A stretch of 64,000 nt of DNA from Phallusia mammillata (lineage: Eukaryota). The translations under genes were made by a program, and so were the position numbers. The notes below the pieces were generated by a model. That model saw only the letters and a program-made list of their open reading frames with translations. It was not told where the DNA came from and did no database searches. The stretch is taken from NCBI GenBank assembly GCA_965637545.1, contig OZ281495.1, positions 13,454,001-13,518,000 of the forward strand, given 5' to 3'. This document shows positions 26,101-37,575 of the stretch, one piece after another; the first letter of the stretch is position 1, and every line of letters begins with the position of its first letter.

Positions 26101-29100
26101 GAGTATCATCGAATGTTAAGTGCACTTCTCCTGTGAAAGTCTCCTCCGCACAGGAAAGTGTGCGCGTTTGAAATCCTCCCGCACAGGATTTAGAGCAAAT
26201 AGTCCATGGATCGGTAAGCCACCTACAAGAATAAAATGTTACTTACAATCCGTCATGTTAATTTATAACATATGTTTAAACTTCACTTTACACATTTTCA
26301 ATATTGTATTTTGACATGTTAATTAGTTACAAATAAAAACGTAATACATTTATTTTATTTCTTACTTTAACTTTGATCCCCGGTGATCGTATTCATAAGT
26401 CAGTCTTTCCTTGTCCAAGCTGCAACAGACAGAAAAACAATGCAACAAACGATGTCAGCACATTAAGATTTTGTTAAAGTACCCAAAAGAACAAAACCCA
26501 ATTCATCTGATTGTAATTTTTTAATTGCTTAGATGCAACCTTTGTATAGGCCAATCATGACAGTTAAGGTGTCAAAAACGAATACAAGTCTTACAAACCT
26601 ATTAGGACATTCTTTGACATTGCATCTAAGAACTCGAGGCGAGGGGGGAATTAATCCCTCTTGCCTGCACTTTGCTTCATTGTGATGTTCGCCAGTGTTA
26701 AGGTCCACACAGACTGGGCGGATGTATTGCAGACCTTAAAAAATAACTCGTATTATTGCAGGTAACTTATGGGCGATATGGCGGAAGGTATTCAAAATGT
26801 AACGTCCACTTTTCTGAACAACAGATTTCCTGCAAAACAATGCGCCGGGATTTGGTGTGGTCTGTATTAAATAATATTGTAACAAACAATTTAAAAATTA
26901 GATTGCCCTTAGAGGAGAGGAGTTAAAATACTTCGTTATGTTTGCTTCTACGGTCGAACGATTAATTTACCATTGCCGCAGGTCGCTGTACATTGGCTTG
27001 TGCTTGTGTCATGTTTCCATACGAACGTGAGGGGTTGGTAGAATTCGTAGCGAATGTATTTCCACTCTTGCTCATCATAAACAGCCTATACGAAATAAAG
27101 CAAAAGAATTTATGCAACCTTTTCGACATCTTGGCACTAAATGTGACGGTAACGACACTTACGTTAAACAATTAAAACGCGTTAAGTTAGCAACATAAGG
27201 ACTATAAAGATTAGCACGCAAGTTTGCATCTCACGCCTATTAAATTTCGGTTTCATGTATAAGCACAGTTCGAAAGATTTTTGTTTTCAGATTGTTATGA
27301 TTTAATATTACCAAAATCACACACTACACATATCAATATGTCAGCATTCTCAGGACTATTCATGTCTAACCACTACTGCATTACATGCAAAAATGTTGGC
27401 ACGATTAGTCGTTTTGAATTTGACAGAACAAACATTTGGAACGCGGTGTTTAAAAAAGCTTAAATTCGTATGAAAGAAAAAGCTAAAAATACTGTGTACC
27501 ACAATTTTGAGATCGCTTGGTACTGGGCCGGGGACGTCAAAGTACTCCTTGTCAAAGGAAAGTGATCCTTGCTGAACGACTAAACCTGAAGTCTTGAAAA
27601 CTTTCCATGTGCTGTTGAATATTTTTCCAGGAACTAAGAAATCCGATTCCGAGTTGTTTAGCTTTAGTCCTAGCAAAAAAAACAAATTTGTGGTAATGAT
27701 TTTGCCATGGTCCCAAAAAATTATTTCGTAAACAAACAAAAAGCTTACCAGCGTGGCCCGAGCCTCGTTCAGAAATTGACACGTGTCTACTGTTCTGGGG
27801 TATCGTGATCACAACTTCAGCACCTGCAAAGAATACACAAGTGTTATATCAAAAACTTTTATAAAAATACTAACACAAAATAAACAAATATTGATAACAA
27901 ACGCATTTGTGAAACCCAAAATCGAACAAAATCTATCTGTCTATTGGCGTTAAATTTACCGCCGAAATCGATCCAATTAACATTAATAAAATGTCATCAG
28001 CGCCTCTGATTTAGGAAAATTGAATGTAATTTTAATCAAACTTTTTTCTGTGCCGCCATCTTAGGAGATGATTTCATAACGTGGCCCTTAAAGTAAAAAT
28101 AGAAAAACAAAAAGAGTGATGTTACGAGTTCATTAACAAACTTTGGTTTTCATAGTAACAGTGCTATGTAGTCATTTTACCAAATTGTTTTAATAGTCGT
28201 TGAAAGAGACTAACGACTGAATTGTTTTGCAACTTTACTCTGTCTGCCCAGTTTTATGTCAAAATGCCCATCTCCCCACAATTCTCGCCAGTTTCGCTAT
28301 TGAAAGCGCCGCCAGGGGACGCTAGTGCCCGCGTAAACCAATGATGTAGTGTGTGTGAGGTACATTTTGCTCAGCGTACCTTGCCGCTTATGTGGATTTG
28401 GCCGGTAGAGGCCAGTAACGAGTCTACATGTGCTTCCGTCCCCAGAACACTTCCCACAGACATCCAGTTTTGCGTTGCTGTTTAGCTGTCCGTCACATCC
28501 GACCTCCTAAACAGAACAAGAAATCAAATATGCTGCACATTTTAAGTGACTAAATACATCGCATTTAAGACATTTGCCCTTAAAACCGTAACCATTCAGT
28601 CCCAAAAGCAAAAATATCGGTAAAAAATTAACAGGCTAAAACTTGCAATGAACAAGTAGTTTTTGCGGCTGTAGGCACTAGTTCAAACGCCCTAAACCAC
28701 AGACAAGATTTTCCCACCCAAAGCATTTGTTAAACAAGCCATTTATGACGAGTGTCAATGGCTGAGGAAGCCTAATATATCATATATAGGTAGAAAGTGA
28801 ACAAGAAATCGTGTATTATATTTCATCGGATTCCTTTCTGGCAATAAAACTTGACTGGCAAGGCAATAGCGGCATAGTAAAAATATTTTTACAGCTTATA
28901 GGTTCACCAGTGATTGTGTTTCACCTCTGCAAGTGAACTGTGGACCTAAAGGACTTTGCCCCTATTGTACAAGAAACCTTAACCCAATTGACTTTCAAAA
29001 CACTTTGATGCATTTCATCTCGTATCAGGGAAAATTCCAAAGGCCTAATGCAGGTTTTATTTGCCATTACAAAGAGTACAAATAGTTTAATTGCGGTTTT

Positions 29101-32100
29101 GTAGTTGTAAGTACAAATGTCAACAAATGCTGAAACAGTATGCAGCTTTTAATATGTTGACAAATTGGTGCAACGAGTTGAGGCTTGAAATGGTGGCCAA
29201 GGGACAATACATACTTTATGGCGTGATCGAGCGCATTGCGCAGTCAAAACGTAAAAAAACATTTAAATATTGTGACCCTGGCGGTAACCAAACAAAACGT
29301 TATGCCATAAAAGCTCATAACTGTTGGAAATTGAAAATAATCGTTTTTGTATGATTTTTTTAACACATCAGCAGCATTTCTAAGAATTTCAAGCCTGGAT
29401 TTCGTACAACAAACCCAGTAAGCTGACTTTCTCTGATAAAAAATTACAAGCCCAACAAAAGGGCGTTATTCGCTCTGGGTGTTGACACAACGTGCCTGTG
29501 TTGCAAAGTTCAAGGCCACTGAGCGTTTGAAGCAGCTGCCCTGGGCCTAGGAATTTCAGAAAATCTGAGACATTTTATGATGGTCGTGATGCTTTCAAGC
29601 GGCGAAGCGTGGACAAAACGTCGACTATTTTTCTGATGTTGTGAGTTGGTGGTGGCCAGAGACGTGTCGGGGCGTATTTTACTACTCCGTTTGTCGTGTA
29701 TGGCTATGAATCTTGTAGTGAGGAGAACAGATGTAGTGAATGTATTACAGAGTAAATAAGCACATAAACTTTTCATCACTGCACAATTAAGTGTTAAATA
29801 TATTTAAGGAACATACCACTTTCTAAAAAATAACTGATAGAAAAGCCCATAATTTTTTGTCTAAATACATTCGTTTGCAAATTTCTACCGATTAACATGT
29901 AATAACCGTGATAAAGGTAACCTGAATAGGACGTTGAAAAGCAATATATTTGTCAAACGAGCATTATTTAGTTTACATTATACCATGTATTACATATCTT
30001 TCAAATTTTATGGTCCAATTACAAGCGGAATGTTAATAAATTGTTCCAATTATTTCAGAAACAACCCTCTCACTTAACAAACTCAAGTAATTCAAGTCGA
30101 CCTGGACTTCCAATTGCTCCCCGAACGGGTTATTTACTGCAAACAGGAAACGTAAATTCACAAACAATGCGCAATATACTGGCGAGTTGCTTCCAGTCGT
30201 TGGTGAAGTTCGTGTAACTCGACCGACATACGCATTTACCAGAGCAGGTGTTGTTCAATAGCGGGAAATAGTTGAATGTTGCTAGCAGAATACGGCAAGT
30301 TCTAATGCTTTGAAGGTCATTTATTCCGGATGGGATGAAAATAAAGTTAAGCATCTTAATCAGGCCATAATCATGATTTGGTTTGTTAGAAATAGAGGAT
30401 TTAATACGCTTAGGTTGGATTTAAAACGGTATTTTAGAAGATTTCAAATTATATTTTAATTCTATTTTAGCCTATTATTAGAACTCCATATAGACTCAGT
30501 TCAACGTAGAATCATCATGCCAAACTAAACATATAGGAGACCACTATGCCTTGAACTAGTGATGCACCGAACCCGCCTAAAAAGGTTCGGGCCGAAACCG
30601 AATATTCGGCCACGAGGCCGAATAAATTCGGCCGAATCAGGCCGAACCTAAAACCGCATTTCTTATGGGTGTTTTTAACTGAACCGTGTGTTGTTGATGC
30701 AAGTGAACTCAATTATGAAAAGCCAAAACTACTTTTACAATGCGAATACTTCACAAAACTTGTAATATTTCGCAGACAATGTAGCAAGTATTTTATAGAT
30801 ACAACAAATAGTTAATTTATGATGTTTCGTATTGGCGAAAATGAAAGTTTGGGTATTAATTCCATGCAATCAAAAGTTCGGTTTCGACCGAATTTTCAAA
30901 AAAGTTCGGGCCGAAACCGAAACATCGAAAAACAGCTTATTCGGCCGAAATGTTTCGGCCAACCGAAACTTCGGTGCATCACTACCTTGAACCACTTTGC
31001 CATAACACCACTAATGATTTTAGATACCAGTTGCTAAATATATCGATAAACAGAAAGAATAAAAATGTCAGAACGTCAACAAAAACGATAGTAATAAGGT
31101 TTTTAAGGGAAACTAAACAAAAATCCACTTACAACGTTTGCTTATTACGCAACCCCTTGACCTTGAACAAAACCAATGACGCAACTTCAAGGCCGCGATC
31201 AGAAGAAAAATGAGACAAGCTCAAATTAAGTGGTAAGCGACCCGGTATTGAAAAATAATACGTAACGCGAGAGGGATGGCGTGCGTTGGATCGTGACGTC
31301 ATTAGGTAAATGTCATCATTTGGTGTCTGGTTGCGCAGACTGACAAATTACAAAACAACTACGGGAGTCAATATTGTCAAGAATAGTGACGACTTAAAAC
31401 CTTTGCACACAACCGCAAATGAATGTCACCAGTTCGGCTTATTTGAAGTGCAATAGAAAAAATAAAAATTATTTTATAAATGTTTCTTGTCGGGTATTTT
31501 GTGCATTAATATGGGATTTTCATTTAAACAACTAAGTTACGCATTTTCAACTAATCAAATTAAATAAAAATTTTGTAAAACAAATAAATATGCCTTATGT
31601 ACGCCTTTCTCCAGCAAATTAATATTGACATAGATTATTGAAATTTCAAAAGCTTTAGGAGAAGGTTTCTTTCAGAGTTGTCAAGTTTTGTTGTTGACTG
31701 ATTTGGAGTAAATGTATACCTTATAAGGATTCCAAAAAAACTTTAATGCGTAGTGATTTCAAGTAATTTTGTTTGCACGAAAGCCCAACAACTCGCGTGC
31801 ATTTTTCACGTTCCATTTCATGTTTTTTTCTTAAGTTTTCTTCAATGTTTCTAAATATATCTTAAATTTGCTTAGCTGAAAATGCCAACTACGTAAATCC
31901 TTGGTGCTAAAATGCTAATTAAAAAAACGGCGCCAAAACTAAAGGTGAAAATGCATACCACTAATTCTTGCGAAAAGTCACTTTAAACGACTAAATTCAG
32001 ACCAACGCATCCAGTTTGCGTTCAAGGAATAGAGCTGCACGATTGTTTTAATTGAAAATTTAATATTAATTTCAGAAGATCAATATCCCAATTCTCTCTT

Positions 32101-35100
32101 TCAAATCTTTAAAAATCTAACCAAAGGGATGAATAACTACAAAATTAAAAAATTAAATTAAAATATGCCTTACCAGGATGCGGAAATAATCTTGGCTTCA
32201 AACGCACCAGGTTGAAAAAACGTGCTTTAAAATTTAAGTCGTTTTACATGAAAACGTGATACAATTTTAAACAACATGTTCCATGCAATAATTTTGAGTT
32301 TGTGTTTGTTTTACAGATTTGTTCCAATTGAAAATGTTTCTCCGTCGATTGTGGACGTTTTTTGGCGTCATTGGACGAGCGACTTACGTAACCAAGTCAT
32401 AGTTTACAAATTGCCAATTTGCTAACCACAAACAAGAACAGCAGGCAATGTGAGGTCAAATTGCCACCATTCGACATGTTGTTTTCTCCCGTAACAATTA
32501 ACCACAACTCAGCTAAAATTTAAATTAGGTGCGCTGTCATTAAAACCTTACTTGTATGGGCCAGTAAAATCAAACTTATAAAATACGTAACCAAACACAA
32601 ACAGAGCTGTGAAAAAAGTATTAGGTTGGAGTTAAATTGCTATTAGACATCGTACCCAAGACAGTTTGGGCAAATGTCACTATGAGTGGGGAAAAAAATT
32701 TCCTTCACTTGCAGGCATTTCAAAAGCATAAAAACTGTATGCAAAAAGCAGGGCTACACAACGTATTAAAAGCTTCCCATTACATCAACAACCAACCAAG
32801 ACGCAGCCACATGAAATGTTACAATTATCCGCCGCGTACGTCACAAAGCCCCTCTTCCAGAAACCTACTCCCTTGCAACGCCGACGATGACGTAAACATG
32901 ACGTCAAACACTTGACAACTAATCGACTGTCGACATTTGGAAGCTTTGCTTTCTATTAGCAAATTGATTTCAAGTGGCAAAGGTTCGACAGGTAGCACGC
33001 AAACGGGGGCCATTAAACCTTGTCGTGTGTAGGGCCGGTAGTGGCAATTGGATAAGCAAGCAGTTTAAGTATCAGTTAATGGCTCTGGCTGTATCGTGTT
33101 ACCCATTAAACACACGAAATGGTAGATACTTAATCAGCGAAAGTCGGTATCAAATATCGATCTATCCGCAAGCTGATAGGGTGCAAATAGAAAACACTTC
33201 AAATCGTGTTTCTAAGGCTACCCAAAAGGAAAAAGATTCAGCTTTTGTGTGTATTGTTGGATTTGGCTTTAAGTAAATTATCCTTTAAAAACCATACATG
33301 AAGGCTGTTGATAAAAACATAACCCCAATGGTTTTAAGGATATGACATATTTACTTAAACAAAGAGTTAACAATGACCAGAGTTTACCTTCATCTACGCT
33401 CCTAACCCATTGAAACTGTTTCAAAAAATTTCCATACACCAGTTTTAACAATTACAAACTGGCAGAGTTTTGCGTATCACGTGCATGATGATGTCACGAC
33501 GGAAGTTCAAATCGGTCACCTGATCGCGGTGCCGCGTCACCAGACGATACGACCCGCAAGTTATGCCGGGGATTGCATCCCGATTGTTACCGATTACTGC
33601 TTTACACCCTTAATCAAAAGGTATCGATATGATTGTGCTATTTATGACAACAATGACGTAAACCATGGAGGTACAATTTTGCGTCCGAATTTGGCGGGCG
33701 ATCATAACGTCATTGGTTGTAATTAGTGATGCACCGAACCCGCCTAAAAAGGTTCGGGTCGAAACCGAATATTCGGCCACGAGGCCGAATAAATTCGGCC
33801 GAATCAGGCCGAACCTAAAACCGCATTTCTTATGGGTGTTTTTAACTGAACCGTGTGTTGTTGATGCAAGTGAACTCAATTATGAAAAGCCAAAACTACT
33901 TTTACAATGCGAATACTTCACAAAACTTGTAATATTTCGCAGACAATGTAGCAAGTATTTTATAGATACAACAAATAGTTAATTTATGATGTTTCGTATT
34001 GGCGAAAATGAAAGTTTGGGTATTAATTCCATGCAATCAAAAAGTTCGGTTTCGGCCGAATTTTCAAAAAAGTTCGGGCCGAAACCGAAACATCGAAAAA
34101 CAGCTTATTCGGCCGGAATGTTTCGGCCAACCGAAACTTCGGTGCATCACTGGTTGTAATGATAAACTGTGCAAATTGTCTGGGATTTTCGTCTGGAAAG
34201 TTGTATCATGTTTTAGATCATTACACAAACCTAAGAGTAGGGAAAAGTGAGCAAATGATGGAGTATGTTCATTAAGTCAGGACACATTAACTTAATTCCA
34301 CATTCCTGTGGCATAAATCATCCGTTCTAAGACACCCGGTTTAGCTAACATAAACTAATTTGTAAGTTAACAAGCAAGATATAAAAAAATATCCTTAAAC
34401 ACAAACCGATTTACAGTTCATTTAATTTAAACAAAACTTATAGAAAATGCCTTTTTACCTGACACGTTCCGTTGATGCAGACATCCATAGAGTCGTCAAA
34501 GCATCTTGTTCCGTCTAGCACCTTCAATGACTTCATGGCGCTGACATCAGCGTTCCTAGCACGACAGAATAGCGAGCAGGGACGCCGTTGGCGATGCTCA
34601 TCATCTGGGACCCAATCGTACAGCGAACCTTGATGTGGAATCGCATTGTAGAAGGCGCACTGCTGTGAACGATAGTCGCTGACCGGTTCTGGACAGGGCT
34701 GTATTGAAAACACGGCATTATGTGGACTTCGAACTTGGATTTAGAAAACACTCAACCACAAGCCAGTCAAAAAACAAGAACACATTTTCTTTTACATGGA
34801 AGGCCAAAAAATAATACAAAGTAGACTTGTTGATTGGTTTGGTCAAAGAAAATTGCAATAGATTCCTTTACAAGAATATTTACATCGAGGAACATAGCAA
34901 CCAACTAAGGTAGGTGGCTTCAATGTCAAAAAACCTTTACATTGCTTTGTTATGTAAAGCAGGTGATTTTGGTACTCAGGGTTTTGTGAGATGTTAACGA
35001 CTTTGAATTGTCGTAAATAATTGCCACATCATGCGGGGTTAACAGTTAGTACTCTCCGGTATGACAGGATTTATTGTTAGATTTGCTGCACATACCTGGG

Positions 35101-36008
35101 ATTTGCATATTCGATAACGAATCGATGTTCTCTCATCGCCCTTGCAATTAGATCTGTAAATAGTCGTACAAGTTGTTAAATCATGCTGGTGATTCATGGG
35201 GTGTTTCGAGCTATTTATGGCTTCCAATAAGTTTTAAGGCTTGGACCTCAAATATATATACAGTCCCCACCAAATCTGCAGCTTTGTAAAACTTGCACAA
35301 CAAGTACACTCGGCACTACAGCACATTTAGTCTTCAATCAAAACATTATTTTGCGTGCTATAAAATATGCAGCTGCCCATCTGCACGTAAGCACTGCATA
35401 TATTCAAAGTTCATTTTCGTACAGGACGGTTAACAACAAAAGATCGCCTGTTAACTGCGGCAAAGAAAATACTTCAGCAGTCCTGTGTGACAATGAAACT
35501 TGTGTGGACCGTACAGGCTTTGCAAGTGCTCTCGGATGCTTTTCTATTTGCAAACCGATAATGGCATGTTTGATTGCGGTTTAGGAGCAGGTTAGCAAAG
35601 AGGTCTACGTGCCACCAATGCCCCTCGGCTGCGGTGACATAAACGTGATATTTGGGTCACAGCGGGCGAATGTTAAATGTTGAACGGCAGAACCATTGAA
35701 ACGAGTACTGTTTGATCGTCAAGCAAGCTATTTACATTCCTAATATACGTAAAATGCTTATGTTAGCATCTAAGTACAATTTAACGGTTGTGTACAGGCC
35801 TTCTGTACGGTTTAGCATCAGCCTAAAGTGCAGAAACCCCGTTTGGGACTTACCCGATGCAGTGACGTCTTGCTTGCGTCACTCCGCCCCCGCAAGTTCT
35901 GGAACATTCGCCCCAAGCCTCCCAAGGGGTCCACTGGATGCCGTCGTTCAATGACAGCTGTGCAAAGAGAAGAAAGATGATCGATCGGTTATTAACAGCA
36001 GCTCTCAT
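23073..36008 (-). CDS. ADAMTSL1/3: ADAMTS-like protein of the ADAMTSL1/3 (punctin, MADD-4) type: signal peptide, TSR1, Cys-rich, spacer, TSR2-6; ~718 aa if the terminal exon is correct
   Basis: Join (minus): 36008-35854, 35153-35096, 34698-34459, 28506-28380, 27823-27749, 27669-27500, 27085-26971, 26734-26599, 26419-26366, 26222-26009, 25551-25407, 25007-24893, 24816-24663, 24373-24181, 23745-23592, then probably 23124-23073. All junctions are GT-AG and in phase. Motifs [52 protein letters not shown] and [19 protein letters not shown] follow the order and wording of ADAMTSL1/3 as I recall it. There is no metalloprotease domain. Confidence 0.9.
23592..23745 (-). CDS. ADAMTSL1/3: ADAMTSL exon 15 (TSR6 C-half)
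   Basis: cccag|[44 protein letters not shown]|gtacgt. Confidence 0.9.
24181..24373 (-). CDS. ADAMTSL1/3: ADAMTSL exon 14 (end of TSR5, acidic linker, start of TSR6)
   Basis: aacag|[26 protein letters not shown]|gtatgg. Confidence 0.92.
24663..24816 (-). CDS. ADAMTSL1/3: ADAMTSL exon 13 (TSR5)
   Basis: tctag|[31 protein letters not shown]|gtaaaa. Confidence 0.92.
24893..25007 (-). CDS. ADAMTSL1/3: ADAMTSL exon 12 (basic linker)
   Basis: tgcag|[24 protein letters not shown]|gtatag; phases fit both neighbours. Confidence 0.82.
25407..25551 (-). CDS. ADAMTSL1/3: ADAMTSL exon 11 (TSR4)
   Basis: aacag|[30 protein letters not shown]|gtaaat. Confidence 0.92.
26009..26222 (-). CDS. ADAMTSL1/3: ADAMTSL exon 10 (TSR3 and start of TSR4)
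   Basis: tgtag|[44 protein letters not shown]|gtatga. Confidence 0.93.
26366..26419 (-). CDS. ADAMTSL1/3: ADAMTSL exon 9 (54-nt linker exon)
   Basis: tgcag|[20 protein letters not shown]|gtaaga; phase 2 to phase 2; sits where ADAMTSL1/3 carry a linker between TSR2 and TSR3. Confidence 0.75.
26599..26734 (-). CDS. ADAMTSL1/3: ADAMTSL exon 8 (TSR2 C-half)
   Basis: ttaag|[39 protein letters not shown]|gtttgt. Confidence 0.92.
26971..27085 (-). CDS. ADAMTSL1/3: ADAMTSL exon 7 (end of spacer, start of TSR2)
   Basis: tatag|[34 protein letters not shown]|gtaaat. Confidence 0.92.
27500..27669 (-). CDS. ADAMTSL1/3: ADAMTSL exon 6 (spacer)
   Basis: gctag|[26 protein letters not shown]|gtacac. Confidence 0.88.
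27749..27823 (-). CDS. ADAMTSL1/3: ADAMTSL exon 5 (spacer)
   Basis: tgcag|[27 protein letters not shown]|gtaagc. Confidence 0.9.
28380..28506 (-). CDS. ADAMTSL1/3: ADAMTSL exon 4 (end of Cys-rich domain)
   Basis: tttag|[33 protein letters not shown]|gtacgc. Confidence 0.94.
30557..30984. mobile_element. Non-autonomous hAT-type MITE, copy 1 (428 bp)
   Basis: 15-bp perfect TIR tagtgatgcaccgaa/ttcggtgcatcacta; 8-bp TSD ccttgaac at 30549-30556 and 30985-30992; many ccgaa/ttcgg subterminal repeats; no transposase. Confidence 0.93.
33724..34152. mobile_element. Non-autonomous hAT-type MITE, copy 2 (429 bp)
   Basis: Same element and orientation as 30557-30984 with about 5 differences; 8-bp TSD gttgtaat at 33716-33723 and 34153-34160. 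Confidence 0.93.
34459..34698 (-). CDS. ADAMTSL1/3: ADAMTSL exon 3 (Cys-rich domain)
   Basis: tacag|[47 protein letters not shown]|gtaaaa. Confidence 0.95.
35096..35153 (-). CDS. ADAMTSL1/3: ADAMTSL exon 2 (TSR1 C-half)
   Basis: tacag|[20 protein letters not shown]|gtatgt. Confidence 0.9.
35854..36008 (-). CDS. ADAMTSL1/3: ADAMTSL exon 1 (signal peptide and TSR1 N-half)
   Basis: ATG at 36008: [53 protein letters not shown]|gtaagt. The 3' part is certain; the start codon is inferred from the signal-peptide look. Confidence 0.85.
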
Positions 36009-37363
36009 TATATTGTGTTTTGAGTTATGTTGCCACCCGCAAATTGGCGTTGGCAAGGAAACAGGGAAAACAACCTTGAGTTTACGCAACGCCGTGCATT
36101 TGAACCTGATTTTGTCAATATGTATATAGACACAATAGATTGGGTATCGCAACTGTACATAGACATAAGAGCTTGGATAAGCTACTGGTTATTAAACACT
36201 CTTGTGGTAGTCACATACTTGTATTGAACCGGTTTAATTCCTTCGGGACATCCGGAAAATTTAATAAACAACACACGTTTGACATTTTGACCACTTAAAT
36301 TAGTTGATTGTAGGTAATAGCTTATTATGTCAAAATTAGTAAAATTGTAACAAATAATAATGATTGTGTTTTAAGTTAAGAACAGGAATAGTTCCAGCTA
36401 ATTTACTCCTAGTGTGCTGTCAAACTTTCAAATATTATCACACCTTCGATTTTGGGGGGCATGTAGGCGCTGTTGATTTATGGGTTTTACATAATTATGC
36501 GCTGATTTGTAACCACTTTCAAAAACCATACACCCTTCTCTGTTAGTGATCGACGTCTTTTCATGACTTCCAAACATAAATTAAGGCGTATAGGGTGAGC
36601 CTATATCTGCATTGATGATGTGTTGCTAGACAACAGCAAAAAGGGGATAGACAGAAAAGAAAATATATGGTGTATGAATCTGACATTTAATGTGCGAATG
36701 TGATATTTGCACAAATTACTGCATATTTGAACTTTTAAGGAGGAATCGACCGTGATCCAACATTTGTGGATAATGACCACACTTAACTTCTATAAAAAAA
36801 GTTCACATTGCTTTTACAAGAAATATTCAATGAGTCTTTGGGTTTAACTTTTAGAAATGTTTTTGGTTATGTCATTATCGTATTGAAAGAAAGGCAATGC
36901 GCCGTGACAATCTGCTACCACAGAAAACGAATTTACACGTAAATGTTAAAATATTCATCGTATATAATTGGCTACAGTTAACTTTACGAGTGATCGTGGG
37001 TGAATGCGATATTTTATAGTCAATATTATCCGTTAATGTATTAGTTGACAGACGCCTTTGACTGATGTATTTTCGTGTCACAACATTTCTTTAGCTTCGT
37101 AAAAACAGAAGATAAAATCACGGCGTACCTGACTCTGATTTTTACTGTTCGTGCTGAGGTCGCTCTTGGCAGGGAACATTTCCACGATGACCTGATAGAA
37201 GGAAAGTTTGTGAAATTAGAAAACTTGTACCTTACGATTTTCATAACGTACTAAATCACACCTTGATACGGTAGTACATTTGTGTGTAGGTATTTCATTT
37301 ATTAGTCATTCGACTAAATTTGCGATAATGTTTTAAGACATAGGGTTTTAATTTAGACAATCT

Positions 37364-37575
37364 CTACTAAATTTGGGATTCTTAAATTTGAAAACAAAAG
37401 AAAGCTCTAAAAACGTATATCATGTGTTGAACGTAGTACAACATAGAAAAGTGATTTCACGCACCTTTAGCTATTCCACTAAATTTAGAATTCTCGAAAT
37501 TTAAAACGAATAAAGGCTCTAACAATACATGTCATGTATTGAACTCAAAGCAAGATAGGAAAGCACCTTCAAGCA
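37364..37575. repeat. Degenerate tandem duplication, period ~112 bp
   Basis: c(t/c)actaaattt..attct..aaattt.aaa..aa....gctctaa.aa....tcatgt.ttgaac.. recurs at 37364 and 37476. Confidence 0.7.

Noticed and set aside
32030-32043. tagagctgcacgat, resembling a hAT terminal repeat
   Set aside because: No matching inverted end or TSD found.
30515-34250. Duplicated ORFs (30515-30712, 30819-31037, 33610-33879, 33665-33982, 33999-34250)
   Set aside because: They are translations of the two MITE copies and show no transposase motifs.
35351-35584. Plus-strand ORF with [16 protein letters not shown] resembling the end of a TSR
   Set aside because: On the wrong strand for ADAMTSL, lacks the W..W.C half, and the true TSR1 exon is at 35096-35153.
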